This document shows, piece after piece, positions 1 to 18,000 of a stretch of DNA of 64,000 nt. Position numbers and translations under genes: made by a program. The notes beneath the pieces were generated by a model, which was not told the origin of the DNA, made no database searches, and saw only the letters and a program-made list of their open reading frames with translations. Origin of the DNA: Nemertoderma westbladi (Eukaryota; Animalia; Xenacoelomorpha). Position 1 is the first letter of the stretch; every line of letters begins with the position of its first letter. The stretch is from the NCBI GenBank assembly GCA_032718475.1, contig JAUCBJ010006717.1, positions 82,374 through 146,373 of the forward strand. Direction: 5' to 3'.

Positions 1-3000
1 GAATGGAATGAATGAACTATCAGAATGGAATGAACTATCAGAATGGAATGAACTATCAGAATGGAATGAACTATCAGAATGGAATGAACTATCAGAATGG
101 AATGAACTATCAGAATGGAATGAACTATCAGAATGGAATGAACTATCAGAATGGAATGAACAATCAGAATGGAATGAATGAACTATCAGAATGGAATGAA
201 CTATCAGAATGGAATGAACTATCAGAATGGAATGAACTATCAGAATGGAATGAACTATCAGAATGGAATGAATGAACTATCAGAATGGAATGAACAATCA
301 GAATGGAATGAATGAACTATCAGAATGGAATGAACTATCAGAATGGAATGAACTATCAGAATGGAATGAACTATCAGAATGGAATGAATGAACTATCAGT
401 ATGGAATGAACTATCAGAATGGAATGAACTATCAGAATGGAATGAACTATCAGAATGGAATGAACTATCAGAATGGAATGAATGAACTATCAGAATGGAA
501 TGAACTATCAGAATGGAATGAATGAACTATCAGAATGGAATGAACTATCAGAATGGAATGAACTATCAGAATGGAATGAACTATCAGAATGGAATGAACT
601 ATCAGAATGGAATGAACTATCAGAATGGAATGAACTATCAGAATGGAATGAACTATCAGAATGGAATGAACTATCAGAATGGAATGAATGAACTATCAGA
701 ATGGAATGAACTATCAGAATGGAATGAACTATCAGAATGGAATGAACTATCAGAATGGAATGAACTATCAGAATGGAATGAATGAACTATCAGAATGGAA
801 TGAACTATCAGAATGGAATGAACTATCAGAATGGAATGAACTATCAGAATGGAATGAACTATCAGAATGGAATGAATGAACTATCAGAATGGAATGAACA
901 ATCAGAATGGAATGAATGAACTATCAGAATGGAATGAACTATCAGAATGGAATGAACTATCAGAATGGAATGAACTATCAGAATGGAATGAATGAACTAT
1001 CAGTATGGAATGAACTATCAGAATGGAATGAACTATCAGAATGGAATGAACTATCAGAATGGAATGAACTATCAGTATGGAATGAATGAACTATCAGAAT
1101 GGAATGAACAATCAGAATGGAATGAATGAACTATCAGAATGGAATGAACTATCAGAATGGAATGAACTATCAGAATGGAATGAACTATCAGAATGGAATG
1201 AACTATCAGAATGGAATGAACTATCAGAATGGAATGAACTATCAGAATGGAATGAACTATCAGAATGGAATGAACTATCAGAATGGAATGAACTATCAGA
1301 ATGGAATGAACTATCAGAATGGAATGAACTATCAGAATGGAATGAACTATCAGAATGGAATGAACTATCAGAATGGAATGAACTATCAGAATGGAATGAA
1401 CTATCAGAATGGAATGAACTATCAGAATGGAATGAACTATCAGAATGGAATGAACTATCAGAATGGAATGAACTATCAGAATGGAATGAACTATCAGAAT
1501 GGAATGAACTATCAGAATGGAATGAACAATCAGAATGGAATGAACTATCAGAATGGAATGAACTATCAGAATGGAATGAACTATCAGAATGGAATGAACT
1601 ATCAGAATGGAATGAACTATCAGAATGGAATGAACTATCAGAATGGAATGAACTATCAGAATGGAATGAACTATCAGAATGGAATGAACTATCAGAATGG
1701 AATGAACTATCAGAATGGAATGAACTATCAGAATGGAATGAATGAACTATCAGAATGGAATGAACTATCAGAATGGAATGAACTATCAGAATGGAATGAA
1801 CTATCAGAATGGAATGAACTATCAGAATGGAATGAACTATCAGAATGGAATGAACTATCAGAATGGAATGAACTATCAGAATGGAATGAATGAACTATCA
1901 GAATGGAATGAACTATCAGAATGGAATGAACTATCAGAATGGAATGAACTATCAGAATGGAATGAATGAACTATCAGAATGGAATGAACTATCAGAATGG
2001 AATGAACTATCAGAATGGAATGAACTATCAGAATGGAATGAACTATCAGAATGGAATGAACTATCAGAATGGAATGAACTATCAGAATGGAATGAACTAT
2101 CAGAATGGAATGAACTATCAGAATGGAATGAACTATCAGAATGGAATGAACTATCAGAATGGAATGAACTATCAGAATGGAATGAACTATCAGAATGGAA
2201 TGATGAACTATCAGAATGGAATGAACTATCAGAATGGAATGAATGAACTATCAGAATGGAATGAACTATCAGAATGGAATGAACTATCAGAATGGAATGA
2301 ACTATCAGAATGGAATGAACTATCAGAATGGAATGAACTATCAGAATGGAATGAACTATCAGAATGGAATGAACTATCAGAATGGAATGAATGAACTATC
2401 AGAATGGAATGAACTATCAGAATGGAATGAACTATCAGAATGGAATGAACTATCAGAATGGAATGAACTATCAGAATGGAATGAATGAACTATCAGAATG
2501 GAATGAACTATCAGAATGGAATGAATGAACTATCAGAATGGAATGAACTATCAGAATGGAATGAACTATCAGAATGGAATGAACTATCAGAATGGAATGA
2601 ACTATCAGAATGGAATGAACTATCAGAATGGAATGAACTATCAGAATGGAATGAACTATCAGAATGGAATGAACTATCAGAATGGAATGAACTATCAGAA
2701 TGGAATGAACAATCAGAATGGAATGAACTATCAGAATGGAATGAACTATCAGAATGGAATGAACTATCAGAATGGAATGAACTATCAGAATGGAATGAAC
2801 TATCAGAATGGAATGAACTATCAGAATGGAATGAACTATCAGAATGGAATGAACTATCAGAATGGAATGAACTATCAGAATGGAATGAACTATCAGAATG
2901 GAATGAACTATCAGAATGGAATGAATGAACTATCAGAATGGAATGAACTATCAGAATGGAATGAACTATCAGAATGGAATGAACTATCAGAATGGAATGA

Positions 3001-6000
3001 ACTATCAGAATGGAATGAACTATCAGAATGGAATGAACTATCAGAATGGAATGAACTATCAGAATGGAATGAATGAACTATCAGAATGGAATGAACTATC
3101 AGAATGGAATGAACTATCAGAATGGAATGAACTATCAGAATGGAATGAATGAACTATCAGAATGGAATGAACTATCAGAATGGAATGAACTATCAGAATG
3201 GAATGAACTATCAGAATGGAATGAACTATCAGAATGGAATGAACTATCAGAATGGAATGAACTATCAGAATGGAATGAACTATCAGAATGGAATGAACTA
3301 TCAGAATGGAATGAACTATCAGAATGGAATGAACTATCAGAATGGAATGAACTATCAGAATGGAATGAACTATCAGAATGGAATGAACTATCAGAATGGA
3401 ATGAACTATCAGAATGGAATGAATGAACTATCAGAATGGAATGAACTATCAGAATGGAATGAATGAACTATCAGAATGGAATGAACTATCAGAATGGAAT
3501 GAACTATCAGAATGGAATGAACTATCAGAATGGAATGAACTATCAGAATGGAATGAACTATCAGAATGGAATGAACTATCAGAATGGAATGAACAATCAG
3601 AATGGAATGAATGAACTATCAGAATGGAATGAACTATCAGAATGGAATGAACTATCAGAATGGAATGAACTATCAGAATGGAATGAACTATCAGAATGGA
3701 ATGAACTATCAGAATGGAATGAATGAACTATCAGAATGGAATGAACAATCAGAATGGAATGAATGAACTATCAGAATGGAATGAACTATCAGAATGGAAT
3801 GAACTATCAGAATGGAATGAACTATCAGAATGGAATGAATGAACTATCAGTATGGAATGAACTATCAGAATGGAATGAACTATCAGAATGGAATGAACTA
3901 TCAGAATGGAATGAACTATCAGTATGGAATGAATGAACTATCAGAATGGAATGAACAATCAGAATGGAATGAATGAACTATCAGAATGGAATGAACTATC
4001 AGAATGGAATGAACTATCAGAATGGAATGAACTATCAGAATGGAATGAACTATCAGAATGGAATGAACTATCAGAATGGAATGAACTATCAGAATGGAAT
4101 GAATGAACTATCAGAATGGAATGAACTATCAGAATGGAATGAACTATCAGAATGGAATGAACTATCAGAATGGAATGAACTATCAGAATGGAATGAACTA
4201 TCAGAATGGAATGAACTATCAGAATGGAATGAACTATCAGAATGGAATGAACAATCAGAATGGAATGAATGAACTATCAGAATGGAATGAACTATCAGAA
4301 TGGAATGAACTATCAGAATGGAATGAACTATCAGAATGGAATGAACTATCAGAATGGAATGAATGAACTATCAGAATGGAATGAACAATCAGAATGGAAT
4401 GAATGAACTATCAGAATGGAATGAACTATCAGAATGGAATGAACTATCAGAATGGAATGAACTATCAGAATGGAATGAATGAACTATCAGTATGGAATGA
4501 ACTATCAGAATGGAATGAACTATCAGAATGGAATGAACTATCAGAATGGAATGAACTATCAGTATGGAATGAATGAACTATCAGAATGGAATGAACAGTC
4601 AGAATGGAATGAATGAACTATCAGAATGGAATGAACTATCAGAATGGAATGAACTATCAGAATGGAATGAACTATCAGAATGGAATGAACTATCAGAATG
4701 GAATGAACTATCAGAATGGAATGAACTATCAGAATGGAATGAACTATCAGAATGGAATGAACTATCAGAATGGAATGAATGAACTATCAGAATGGAATGA
4801 ACAATCAGAATGGAATGAACTATCAGAATGGAATGAACTATCAGAATGGAATGAACAATCAGAATGGAATGAATGAACTATCAGAATGGAATGAACTATC
4901 AGAATGGAATGAACTATCAGAATGGAATGAACTATCAGAATGGAATGAACTATCAGAATGGAATGAATGAACTATCAGAATGGAATGAACAATCAGAATG
5001 GAATGAATGAACTATCAGAATGGAATGAACTATCAGAATGGAATGAACTATCAGAATGGAATGAACTATCAGAATGGAATGAATGAACTATCAGTATGGA
5101 ATGAACTATCAGAATGGAATGAACTATCAGAATGGAATGAACTATCAGAATGGAATGAACTATCAGTATGGAATGAATGAACTATCAGAATGGAATGAAC
5201 AATCAGAATGGAATGAATGAACTATCAGAATGGAATGAACTATCAGAATGGAATGAACTATCAGAATGGAATGAACTATCAGAATGGAATGAACTATCAG
5301 AATGGAATGAACTATCAGAATGGAATGAACTATCAGAATGGAATGAACTATCAGAATGGAATGAACTATCAGAATGGAATGAACTATCAGAATGGAATGA
5401 ACAATCATAATGGAATGAACTATCAGAATGGAATGAACTATCAGAATGGAATGAACTATCAGAATGGAATGAACTATCAGAATGGAATGAACTATCAGAA
5501 TGGAATGAACTATCAGAATGGAATGAACTATCAGAATGGAATGAACTATCAGAATGGAATGAACTATCAGAATGGAATGAACTATCAGAATGGAATGAAC
5601 TATCAGAATGGAATGAACAATCAGAATGGAATGAACTATCAGAATGGAATGAACTATCAGAATGGAATGAACTATCAGAATGGAATGAACTATCAGAATG
5701 GAATGAACTATCAGAATGGAATGAACTATCAGAATGGAATGAACAATCATAATGGAATGAACTATCAGAATGGAATGAACTATCAGAATGGAATGAACTA
5801 TCAGAATGGAATGAACTATCAGAATGGAATGAATGAACTATCAGAATGGAATGAACTATCAGAATGGAATGAACTATCAGAATGGAATGAACTATCAGAA
5901 TGGAATGAACTATCAGAATGGAATGAACTATCAGAATGGAATGAACTATCAGAATGGAATGAACTTTCAGAATGGAATGAATGAACTATCAGAATGGAAT

Positions 6001-9000
6001 GAACTATCAGAATGGAATGAACTATCAGAATGGAATGAACTATCAGAATGGAATGAATGAACTATCAGAATGGAATGAACTATCAGAATGGAATGAACTA
6101 TCAGAATGGAATGAACTATCAGAATGGAATGAACTATCAGAATGGAATGAACTATCAGAATGGAATGAACTATCAGAATGGAATGAACTATCAGAATGGA
6201 ATGAACTATCAGAATGGAATGAACTATCAGAATGGAATGAACTATCAGAATGGAATGAACTATCAGAATGGAATGAACTATCAGAATGGAATGAATGAAC
6301 TATCAGAATGGAATGAACAATCAGAATGGAATGAATGAACTATCAGAATGGAATGAACTATCAGAATGGAATGAACTATCAGAATGGAATGAACTATCAG
6401 AATGGAATGAACTATCAGAATGGAATGAACTATCAGAATGGAATGAACTATCAGAATGGAATGAACAATCAGAATGGAATGAATGAACTATCAGAATGGA
6501 ATGAACTATCAGAATGGAATGAACTATCAGAATGGAATGAACTATCAGAATGGAATGAATGAACTATCAGAATGGAATGAACAATCAGAATGGAATGAAT
6601 GAACTATCAGAATGGAATGAACTATCAGAATGGAATGAACTATCAGAATGGAATGAACTATCAGAATGGAATGAATGAACTATCAGTATGGAATGAACTA
6701 TCAGAATGGAATGAACTATCAGAATGGAATGAACTATCAGAATGGAATGAACTATCAGTATGGAATGAATGAACTATCAGAATGGAATGAACAATCAGAA
6801 TGGAATGAATGAACTATCAGAATGGAATGAACTATCAGAATGGAATGAACTATCAGAATGGAATGAACTATCAGAATGGAATGAACTATCAGAATGGAAT
6901 GAACTATCAGAATGGAATGAACTATCAGAATGGAATGAATGAACTATCAGAATGGAATGAACTATCAGAATGGAATGAACTATCAGAATGGAATGAACTA
7001 TCAGAATGGAATGAACTATCAGAATGGAATGAACTATCAGAATGGAATGAACTATCAGAATGGAATGAACTATCAGAATGGAATGAACAATCAGAATGGA
7101 ATGAATGAACTATCAGAATGGAATGAACTATCAGAATGGAATGAACTATCAGAATGGAATGAACTATCAGAATGGAATGAACTATCAGAATGGAATGAAT
7201 GAACTATCAGAATGGAATGAACAATCAGAATGGAATGAATGAACTATCAGAATGGAATGAACTATCAGAATGGAATGAACTATCAGAATGGAATGAACTA
7301 TCAGAATGGAATGAATGAACTATCAGTATGGAATGAACTATCAGAATGGAATGAACTATCAGAATGGAATGAACTATCAGAATGGAATGAACTATCAGTA
7401 TGGAATGAATGAACTATCAGAATGGAATGAACAATCAGAATGGAATGAATGAACTATCAGAATGGAATGAACTATCAGAATGGAATGAACTATCAGAATG
7501 GAATGAACTATCAGAATGGAATGAACTATCAGAATGGAATGAACTATCAGAATGGAATGAACTATCAGAATGGAATGAACTATCAGAATGGAATGAACTA
7601 TCAGAATGGAATGAACTATCAGAATGGAATGAATGAACTATCAGAATGGAATGAACTATCAGAATGGAATGAACTATCAGAATGGAATGAACTATCAGAA
7701 TGGAATGAACTATCAGAATGGAATGAACTATCAGAATGGAATGAACTATCAGAATGGAATGAATGAACTATCAGAATGGAATGAACTATCAGAATGGAAT
7801 GAACTATCAGAATGGAATGAACTATCAGAATGGAATGAACTATCAGAATGGAATGAATGAACTATCAGAATGGAATGAACTATCAGAATGGAATGAACTA
7901 TCAGAATGGAACGAATGAACTATCAGAATGGAATGAACTATCAGAATGGAATGAACTATCAGAATGGAATTAACAATCAGAATGGAATGAACTATCAGAA
8001 TGGAATGAACTATCAGAATGGAATGAACTATCAGAATGGAATGAATGAACTATCAGAATGGAATGAACAATCATAATGGAATGAACTATCAGAATGGAAT
8101 GAACTATCAGAATGGAATGAACTATCAGAATGGAATGAACTATCAGAATGGAATGAACTATCAGAATGGAATGAACTATCAGAATGGAATGAACTATCAG
8201 AATGGAATGAACTATCAGAATGGAATGAACTATCAGAATGGAATGAACTATCAGAATGGAATGAACTATCAGAATGGAATGAACTATCAGAATGGAATGA
8301 ACAATCAGAATGGAATGAACTATCAGAATGGAATGAACTATCAGAATGGAATGAACTATCAGAATGGAATGAACTATCAGAATGGAATGAACTATCAGAA
8401 TGGAATGAACTATCAGAATGGAATGAACAATCATAATGGAATGAACTATCAGAATGGAATGAACTATCAGAATGGAATGAACTATCAGAATGGAATGAAC
8501 TATCAGAATGGAATGAATGAACTATCAGAATGGAATGAACTATCAGAATGGAATGAACTATCAGAATGGAATGAACTATCAGAATGGAATGAACTATCAG
8601 AATGGAATGAACTATCAGAATGGAATGAACTATCAGAATGGAATGAATGAACTATCAGAATGGAATGAACTATCAGAATGGAATGAACTATCAGAATGGA
8701 ATGAACTATCAGAATGGAATGAACAATCAGAATGGAATGAACTATCAGAATGGAATGAACTATCAGAATGGAATGAACTTTCAGAATGGAATGAATGAAC
8801 TATCAGAATGGAATGAACTATCAGAATGGAATGAACTATCAGAATGGAATGAACTATCAGAATGGAATGAATGAACTATCAGAATGGAATGAACTATCAG
8901 AATGGAATGAACTATCAGAATGGAATGAACTATCAGAATGGAATGAACTATCAGAATGGAATGAACTATCAGAATGGAATGAACTATCAGAATGGAATGA

Positions 9001-12000
9001 ACTATCAGAATGGAATGAACTATCAGAATGGAATGAACTATCAGAATGGAATGAACTATCAGAATGGAATGAACTATCAGAATGGAATGAACTATCAGAA
9101 TGGAATGAACTATCAGAATGGAATGAACTATCAGAATGGAATGAACTATCAGAATGGAATGAACTATCAGAATGGAATGAACTATCAGAATGGAATGAAC
9201 TATCAGAATGGAATTAACTATCAGAATGGAATGAATGAACTATCAGAATGGAATGAACAATCAGAATGGAATGAATGAACTATCAGAATGGAATGAACTA
9301 TCAGAATGGAATGAACTATCAGAATGGAATGAACTATCAGAATGGAATGAACTATCAGAATGGAATGAACTATCAGAATGGAATGAACTATCAGAATGGA
9401 ATGAACTATCAGAATGGAATGAACTATCAGAATGGAATGAATGAACTATCAGAATGGAATGAACAATCAGAATGGAATGAATGAACTATCAGAATGGAAT
9501 GAACTATCAGAATGGAATGAACTATCAGAATGGAATGAACTATCAGAATGGAATGAACTATCAGAATGGAATGAACTATCAGAATGGAATGAACAATCAG
9601 AATGGAATGAATGAACTATCAGAATGGAATGAACTATCAGAATGGAATGAACTATCAGAATGGAATGAACTATCAGAATGGAATGAACTATCAGAATGGA
9701 ATGAATGAACTATCAGAATGGAATGAACAATCAGAATGGAATGAATGAACTATCAGAATGGAATGAACTATCAGAATGGAATGAACTATCAGAATGGAAT
9801 GAACTATCAGAATGGAATGAATGAACTATCAGAATGGAATGAACTATCAGTATGGAATGAACTATCAGAATGGAATGAACTATCAGAATGGAATGAACTA
9901 TCAGAATGGAATGAACTATCAGTATGGAATGAATGAACTATCAGAATGGAATGAACAATCAGAATGGAATGAATGAACTATCAGAATGGAATGAACTATC
10001 AGAATGGAATGAACTATCAGAATGGAATGAACTATCAGAATGGAATGAACTATCAGAATGGAATGAACTATCAGAATGGAATGAACTATCAGAATGGAAT
10101 GAATGAACTATCAGAATGGAATGAACTATCAGAATGGAATGAACTATCAGAATGGAATGAACTATCAGAATGGAATGAACTATCAGAATGGAATGAACTA
10201 TCAGAATGGAATGAATGAACTATCAGAATGGAATGAATGAACTATCAGAATGGAATGAACTATCAGAATGGAATGAACTATCAGAATGGAATGAACTATC
10301 AGAATGGAATGAACTATCAGAATGGAATGAACTATCAGAATGGAATGAACTATCAGAATGGAATGAATGAACTATCAGAATGGAATGAACTATTAGAATG
10401 GAATGAACTATCAGAATGGAATGAACTATCAGAATGGAATGAACTATCAGAATGGAATGAATGAACTATCAGAATGGAATGAACTATCAGAATGGAATGA
10501 ACTATCAGAATGGAACGAATGAACTATCAGAATGGAATGAACTATCAGAATGGAATGAACTATCAGAATGGAATTAACAATCAGAATGGAATGAACTATC
10601 AGAATGGAATGAACTATCAGAATGGAATGAACTATCAGAATGGAATGAATGAACTATCAGAATGGAATGAACTATCAGAATGGAATGAACTATCAGAATG
10701 GAATCAACAATCAGAATGGAATGAACTATCAGAATGGAATGAACTATCAGAATGGAATGAACTATCAGAATGGAATGAACTATCAGAATGGAATTAACAA
10801 TCAGAATGGAATGAATGAACTATCAGAATGGAATGAACTATCAGAATGGAATGAACTATCAGAATGGAATTAACAATCAGAATGGAATTAACTATCAGAA
10901 TGGAATGAACAACCAGTATGGAATGTATGAACTATCAGAATGGAATGAACTATCAGAATGGAATTAACAATCAGAATGGAATGAACTATCAGAATGGAAT
11001 GAACTATCAGAATGGAATGAACTATCAGAATGGAATGAACTATCAGAATGGAATTAACAATCAGAATGGAATGAATGAACTATCAGAATGGAATGAATGA
11101 ACTATCAGAATGGAATTAACTATCAGAATGGAATGAACTATCAGAATGGAATGAACTATCAGAATGGAATGAACTATCAGAATGGAATGAATGAACTATC
11201 AGAATGGAATGAACTATCAGAATGGAATGAACTATCAGAATGGAATTAACAATCAGAATGGAATTAACTATCAGAATGGAATGAACAACCAGTATGGAAT
11301 GTATGAACTATCAGAATGGAATGAACTATCAGAATGGAATGAACTATCAGAATGGAATGAACTATCAGAATGGAATGAACTATCAGAATGGAATGAACTA
11401 TCAGAATGGAATGAATGATCAGAATGGAATGAACTATCAGAATGGAATGAATGAACTATCAGAATGGAATGAACTATCAGAATGGAATGAACTATCAGAA
11501 TGGAATTAACAATCAGAATGGAATGAACTATAAAAATGGAATGAACTATCAGAATGGAATGAACTATCAGAATGGAATGAACTATCAGAATGGAATGAAT
11601 GAACTATCAGAATGGAATGAACTATCAGAATGGAATGAACTATCAGAATGGAATTAACAATCAGAATGGAATTAACTATCAGAATGGAATGAACAACCAG
11701 TATGGAATGTATGAACTATCAGAATGGAATGAACTATCAGAATGGAATGAACTATCAGAATGGAATGAACTATCAGAATGGAATGAACTATCAGAATGGA
11801 ATGAACTATCAGAATGGAATGAACTATCAGAATGGAATGAACTATCAGAATGGAATGTATGAACTATCAGAATGGAATGAACTATCAGAATGGAATGTAT
11901 GAACTATCAGAATGGAATGAACTATCAGAATGGAATGAACTATCAGAATGGAATTAACAATCAGAATGGAATTAACTATCAGAATGGAATGAACAACCAG

Positions 12001-15000
12001 TATGGAATGTATGAACTATCAGAATGGAATGAACTATCAGAATGGAATGAACTATCAGAATGGAATGAACTATCAGAATGGAATGAACTATCAGAATGGA
12101 ATGAACTATCAGAATGGAATGAATGAACTATCAGAATGGAATTAACAATCAGAATGGAATGAACTATCAGAATGGAATGAACTATCAGAATGGAATGAAC
12201 TATCAGAATGGAATGAACTATCAGAATGGAATGAGCTATCAGAATGGAATGAACAATCAGAATGGAATTAACAATCAGAATGGAATGAACTATCAGAATG
12301 GAATGAACTATCAGAATGGAATGAACTATCAGAATGGAATGAACAATCAGAATGGAATTAACAATCAGAATGGAATGAACTATCAGAATGGAATGAACAA
12401 CCAGTATGGAATGAACTATCAGAATGGAATGAACTATCAGAATGGAATGAACTATCAGAATGGAATGAACTATCAGAATGGAATGAACTATAAAAATGGA
12501 ATTAACTATCAGAATGGAATGAACAACCAGTATGGAATGTATGAACTATCAGAATGGAATGAATGAACTATCAGAATGGAATGAACTATCAGAATGGAAT
12601 GAACTATCAGAATGGAATGAACTATCAGAATGGAATGAACAATCAGAATGGAATTAATGAACTATCAGAATGGAATGAACTATCAGAATGGAATGAACTA
12701 TCAGAATGGAATGAACTATCAGAATGGAATGAACTATCAGAATGGAATGAACTATCAGAATGGAATGAACTATCAGAATGGAATGAACTATCAGAATGGA
12801 ATGAACTATCAGAATGGAATGAACTATCAGAATGGAATGAACAATCAGAATGGAATGAACTATCAGAATGGAATGAACTATCAGAATGGAATGAACTATC
12901 AGAATGGAATGAACTATCAGAATGGAATGAACTATCAGAATGGAATGAACTATCAGAATGGAATGAACAATCATAATGGAATGAACTATCAGAATGGAAT
13001 GAACTATCAGAATGGAATGAACTATCAGAATGGAATGAACTATCAGAATGGAATGAATGAACTATCAGAATGGAATGAACTATCAGAATGGAATGAACTA
13101 TCAGAATGGAATGAACTATCAGAATGGAATGAACTATCAGAATGGAATGAACTATCAGAATGGAATGAACTATCAGAATGGAATGAACTTTCAGAATGGA
13201 ATGAATGAACTATCAGAATGGAATGAACTATCAGAATGGAATGAACTATCAGAATGGAATGAACTATCAGAATGGAATGAATGAACTATCAGAATGGAAT
13301 GAACTATCAGAATGGAATGAACTATCAGAATGGAATGAACTATCAGAATGGAATGAACTATCAGAATGGAATGAACTATCAGAATGGAATGAACTATCAG
13401 AATGGAATGAACTATCAGAATGGAATGAACTATCAGAATGGAATGAACTATCAGAATGGAATGAACTATCAGAATGGAATGAACTATCAGAATGGAATGA
13501 ACTATCAGAATGGAATGAATGAACTATCAGAATGGAATGAACAATCAGAATGGAATGAATGAACTATCAGAATGGAATGAACTATCAGAATGGAATGAAC
13601 TATCAGAATGGAATGAACTATCAGAATGGAATGAACTATCAGAATGGAATGAACTATCAGAATGGAATGAACTATCAGAATGGAATGAACAATCAGAATG
13701 GAATGAATGAACTATCAGAATGGAATGAACTATCAGAATGGAATGAACTATCAGAATGGAATGAACTATCAGAATGGAATGAACTATCAGAATGGAATGA
13801 ATGAACTATCAGAATGGAATGAACAATCAGAATGGAATGAATGAACTATCAGAATGGAATGAACTATCAGAATGGAATGAACTATCAGAATGGAATGAAC
13901 TATCAGAATGGAATGAATGAACTATCAGTATGGAATGAACTATCAGAATGGAATGAACTATCAGAATGGAATGAACTATCAGAATGGAATGAACTATCAG
14001 TATGGAATGAATGAACTATCAGAATGGAATGAACAATCAGAATGGAATGAATGAACTATCAGAATGGAATGAATGAACTATCAGAATGGAATGAACTATC
14101 AGAATGGAATGAACTATCAGAATGGAATGAACTATCAGAATGGAATGAACTATCAGAATGGAATGAACTATCAGAATGGAATGAACTATCAGAATGGAAT
14201 GAATGAACTATCAGAATGGAATGAACTATCAGAATGGAATGAACTATCAGAATGGAATGAACTATCAGAATGGAATGAACTATCAGAATGGAATGAATGA
14301 ACTATCAGAATGGAATGAATGAACTATCAGAATGGAATGAACTATCAGAATGGAATGAACTATCAGAATGGAATGAACTATCAGAATGGAATGAACTATC
14401 AGAATGGAATGAACTATCAGAATGGAATGAACTATCAGAATGGAATGAATGAACTATCAGAATGGAATGAACTATCAGAATGGAATGAACTATCAGAATG
14501 GAATGAACTATCAGAATGGAATGAACTATCAGAATGGAATGAATGAACTATCAGAATGGAATGAACTATCAGAATGGAATGAACTATCAGAATGGAACGA
14601 ATGAACTATCAGAATGGAATGAACTATCAGAATGGAATGAACTATCAGAATGGAATTAACAATCAGAATGGAATGAACTATCAGAATGGAATGAACTATC
14701 AGAATGGAATGAACTATCAGAATGGAATGAATGAACTATCAGAATGGAATGAACAATCATAATGGAATGAACTATCAGAATGGAATGAACTATCAGAATG
14801 GAATGAACTATCAGAATGGAATGAACTATTAGAATGGAATGAACTATCAGAATGGAATGAACTATCAGAATGGAATGAACTATCAGAATGGAATGAACTA
14901 TCAGAATGGAATGAACTATCAGAATGGAATGAACTATCAGAATGGAATGAACTATCAGAATGGAATGAACTATCAGAATGGAATGAACAATCAGAATGGA

Positions 15001-18000
15001 ATGAACTAACAGAATGGAATGAACTATCAGAATGGAATGAACTATCAGAATGGAATGAACTATCAGAATGGAATGAACTATCAGAATGGAATGAACTATC
15101 AGAATGGAATGAACTATCAGAATGGAATGAACTATCAGAATGGAATGAACTATCAGAATGGAATGAACTATCAGAATGGAATGAATGAACTATCAGAATG
15201 GAATGAACTATCAGAATGGAATGAACTATCAGAATGGAATGAACTATCAGAATGGAATGAACTATCAGAATGGAATGAACTATCAGAATGGAATGAACTA
15301 TCAGAATGGAATGAATGAACTATCAGAATGGAATGAACTATCAGAATGGAATGAACTATCAGAATGGAATGAACTATCAGAATGGAATGAACTATCAGAA
15401 TGGAATGAATGAACTATCAGAATGGAATGAACTATCAGAATGGAATGAACTATCAGAATGGAACGAATGAACTATCAGAATGGAATGAACTATCAGAATG
15501 GAATGAACTATCAGAATGGAATTAACAATCAGAATGGAATGAACTATCAGAATGGAATGAACTATCAGAATGGAATGAACTATCAGAATGGAATGAATGA
15601 ACTATCAGAATGGAATGAACTATCAGAATGGAATGAACTATCAGAATGGAATTAACAATCAGAATGGAATGAACTATCAGAATGGAATGAACTATCAGAA
15701 TGGAATGAACTATCAGAATGGAATGAACTATCAGAATGGAATTAACAATCAGAATGGAATGAATGAACTATCAGAATGGAATGAACTATCAGAATGGAAT
15801 GAACTATCAGAATGGAATTAACAATCAGAATGGAATTAACTATCAGAATGGAATGAACAACCAGTATGGAATGTATGAACTATCAGAATGGAATGAACTA
15901 TCAGAATGGAATTAACAATCAGAATGGAATGAACTATCAGAATGGAATGAACTATCAGAATGGAATGAACTATCAGAATGGAATGAACTATCAGAATGGA
16001 ATTAACAATCAGAATGGAATGAATGAACTATCAGAATGGAATGAATGAACTATCAGAATGGAATGAACTATCAGAATGGAATGAACTATCAGAATGGAAT
16101 GAACTATCAGAATGGAATGAACTATCAGAATGGAATGAATGAACTATCAGAATGGAATGAACTATCAGAATGGAATGAACTATCAGAATGGAATTAACAA
16201 TCAGAATGGAATTAACTATCAGAATGGAATGAACAACCAGTATGGAATGTATGAACTATCAGAATGGAATGAACTATCAGAATGGAATGAACTATCAGAA
16301 TGGAATGAACTATCAGAATGGAATGAACTATCAGAATGGAATGAACTATCAGAATGGAATGAATGATCAGAATGGAATGAACTATCAGAATGGAATGAAT
16401 GAACTATCAGAATGGAATGAACTATCAGAATGGAATGAACTATCAGAATGGAATTAACAATCAGAATGGAATTAACTATCAGAATGGAATGAACAACCAG
16501 TATGGAATGTATGAACTATCAGAATGGAATGAACTATCAGAATGGAATGAACTATCAGAATGGAATGAACTATCAGAATGGAATGAACTATCAGAATGGA
16601 ATGAACTATCAGAATGGAATTAACAATCAGAATGGAATGAACTATCAGAATGGAACGAACTATCAGAATGGAATGAACTATCAGAATGGAATGAACTATC
16701 AGAATGGAATGAACTATCAGAATGAAATGTATGAACTATCAGAATGGAATGAACTATCAGAATGGAATGAACTATCAGAATGGAATTAACAATCAGAATG
16801 GAATTAACTATCAGAATGGAATGAACAACCAGTATGGAATGTATGAACTATCAGAATGGAATGAACTATCAGAATGGAATGAACTATCAGAATGGAATGA
16901 ACTATCAGAATGGAATGAACTATCAGAATGGAATGAACTATCAGAATGGAATGAATGAACTATCAGAATGGAATTAACAATCAGAATGGAATGAACTATC
17001 AGAATGGAATGAACTATCAGAATGGAATGAACTATCAGAATGGAATGAACTATCAGAATGGAATGAGCTATCAGAATGGAATGAACAATCAGAATGGAAT
17101 TAACAATCAGAATGGAATGAACTATCAGAATGGAATGAACTATCAGAATGGAATGAACTATCAGAATGGAATGAACAATCAGAATGGAATTAACAATCAG
17201 AATGGAATGAACTATCAGAATGGAATGAACAACCAGTATGGAATGAACTATCAGAATGGAATGAACTATCAGAATGGAATGAACTATCAGAATGGAATGA
17301 ACTATCAGAATGGAATGAACTATAAAAATGGAATTAACTATCAGAATGGAATGAACAACCAGTATGGAATGTATGAACTATCAGAATGGAATGAATGAAC
17401 TATCAGAATGGAATGAACTATCAGAATGGAATGAACTATCAGAATGGAATGAACTATCAGAATGGAATGAACAATCAGAATGGAATTAATGAACTATCAG
17501 AATGGAATGAACTATCAGAATGGAATGAACTATCAGAATGGAATGAACTATCAGAATGGAATGAACTATCAGAATGGAATGAACTATCAGAATGGAATGA
17601 ACTATCAGAATGGAATGAACTATCAGAATGGAATGAACTATCAGAATGGAATGAACTATCAGAATGGAATGAACAATCAGAATGGAATGAACTATCAGAA
17701 TGGAATGAACTATCAGAATGGAATGAACTATCAGAATGGAATGAACTATCAGAATGGAATGAACTATCAGAATGGAATGAACTATCAGAATGGAATGAAC
17801 TATCAGAATGGAATGAACTATCAGAATGGAATGAATGAACTATCAGAATGGAATGAACTATCAGAATGGAATGAACTATCAGAATGGAATGAACTATCAG
17901 AATGGAATGAACTATCAGAATGGAATGAACTATCAGAATGGAATGAACTATCAGAATGGAATGAACTTTCAGAATGGAATGAATGAACTATCAGAATGGA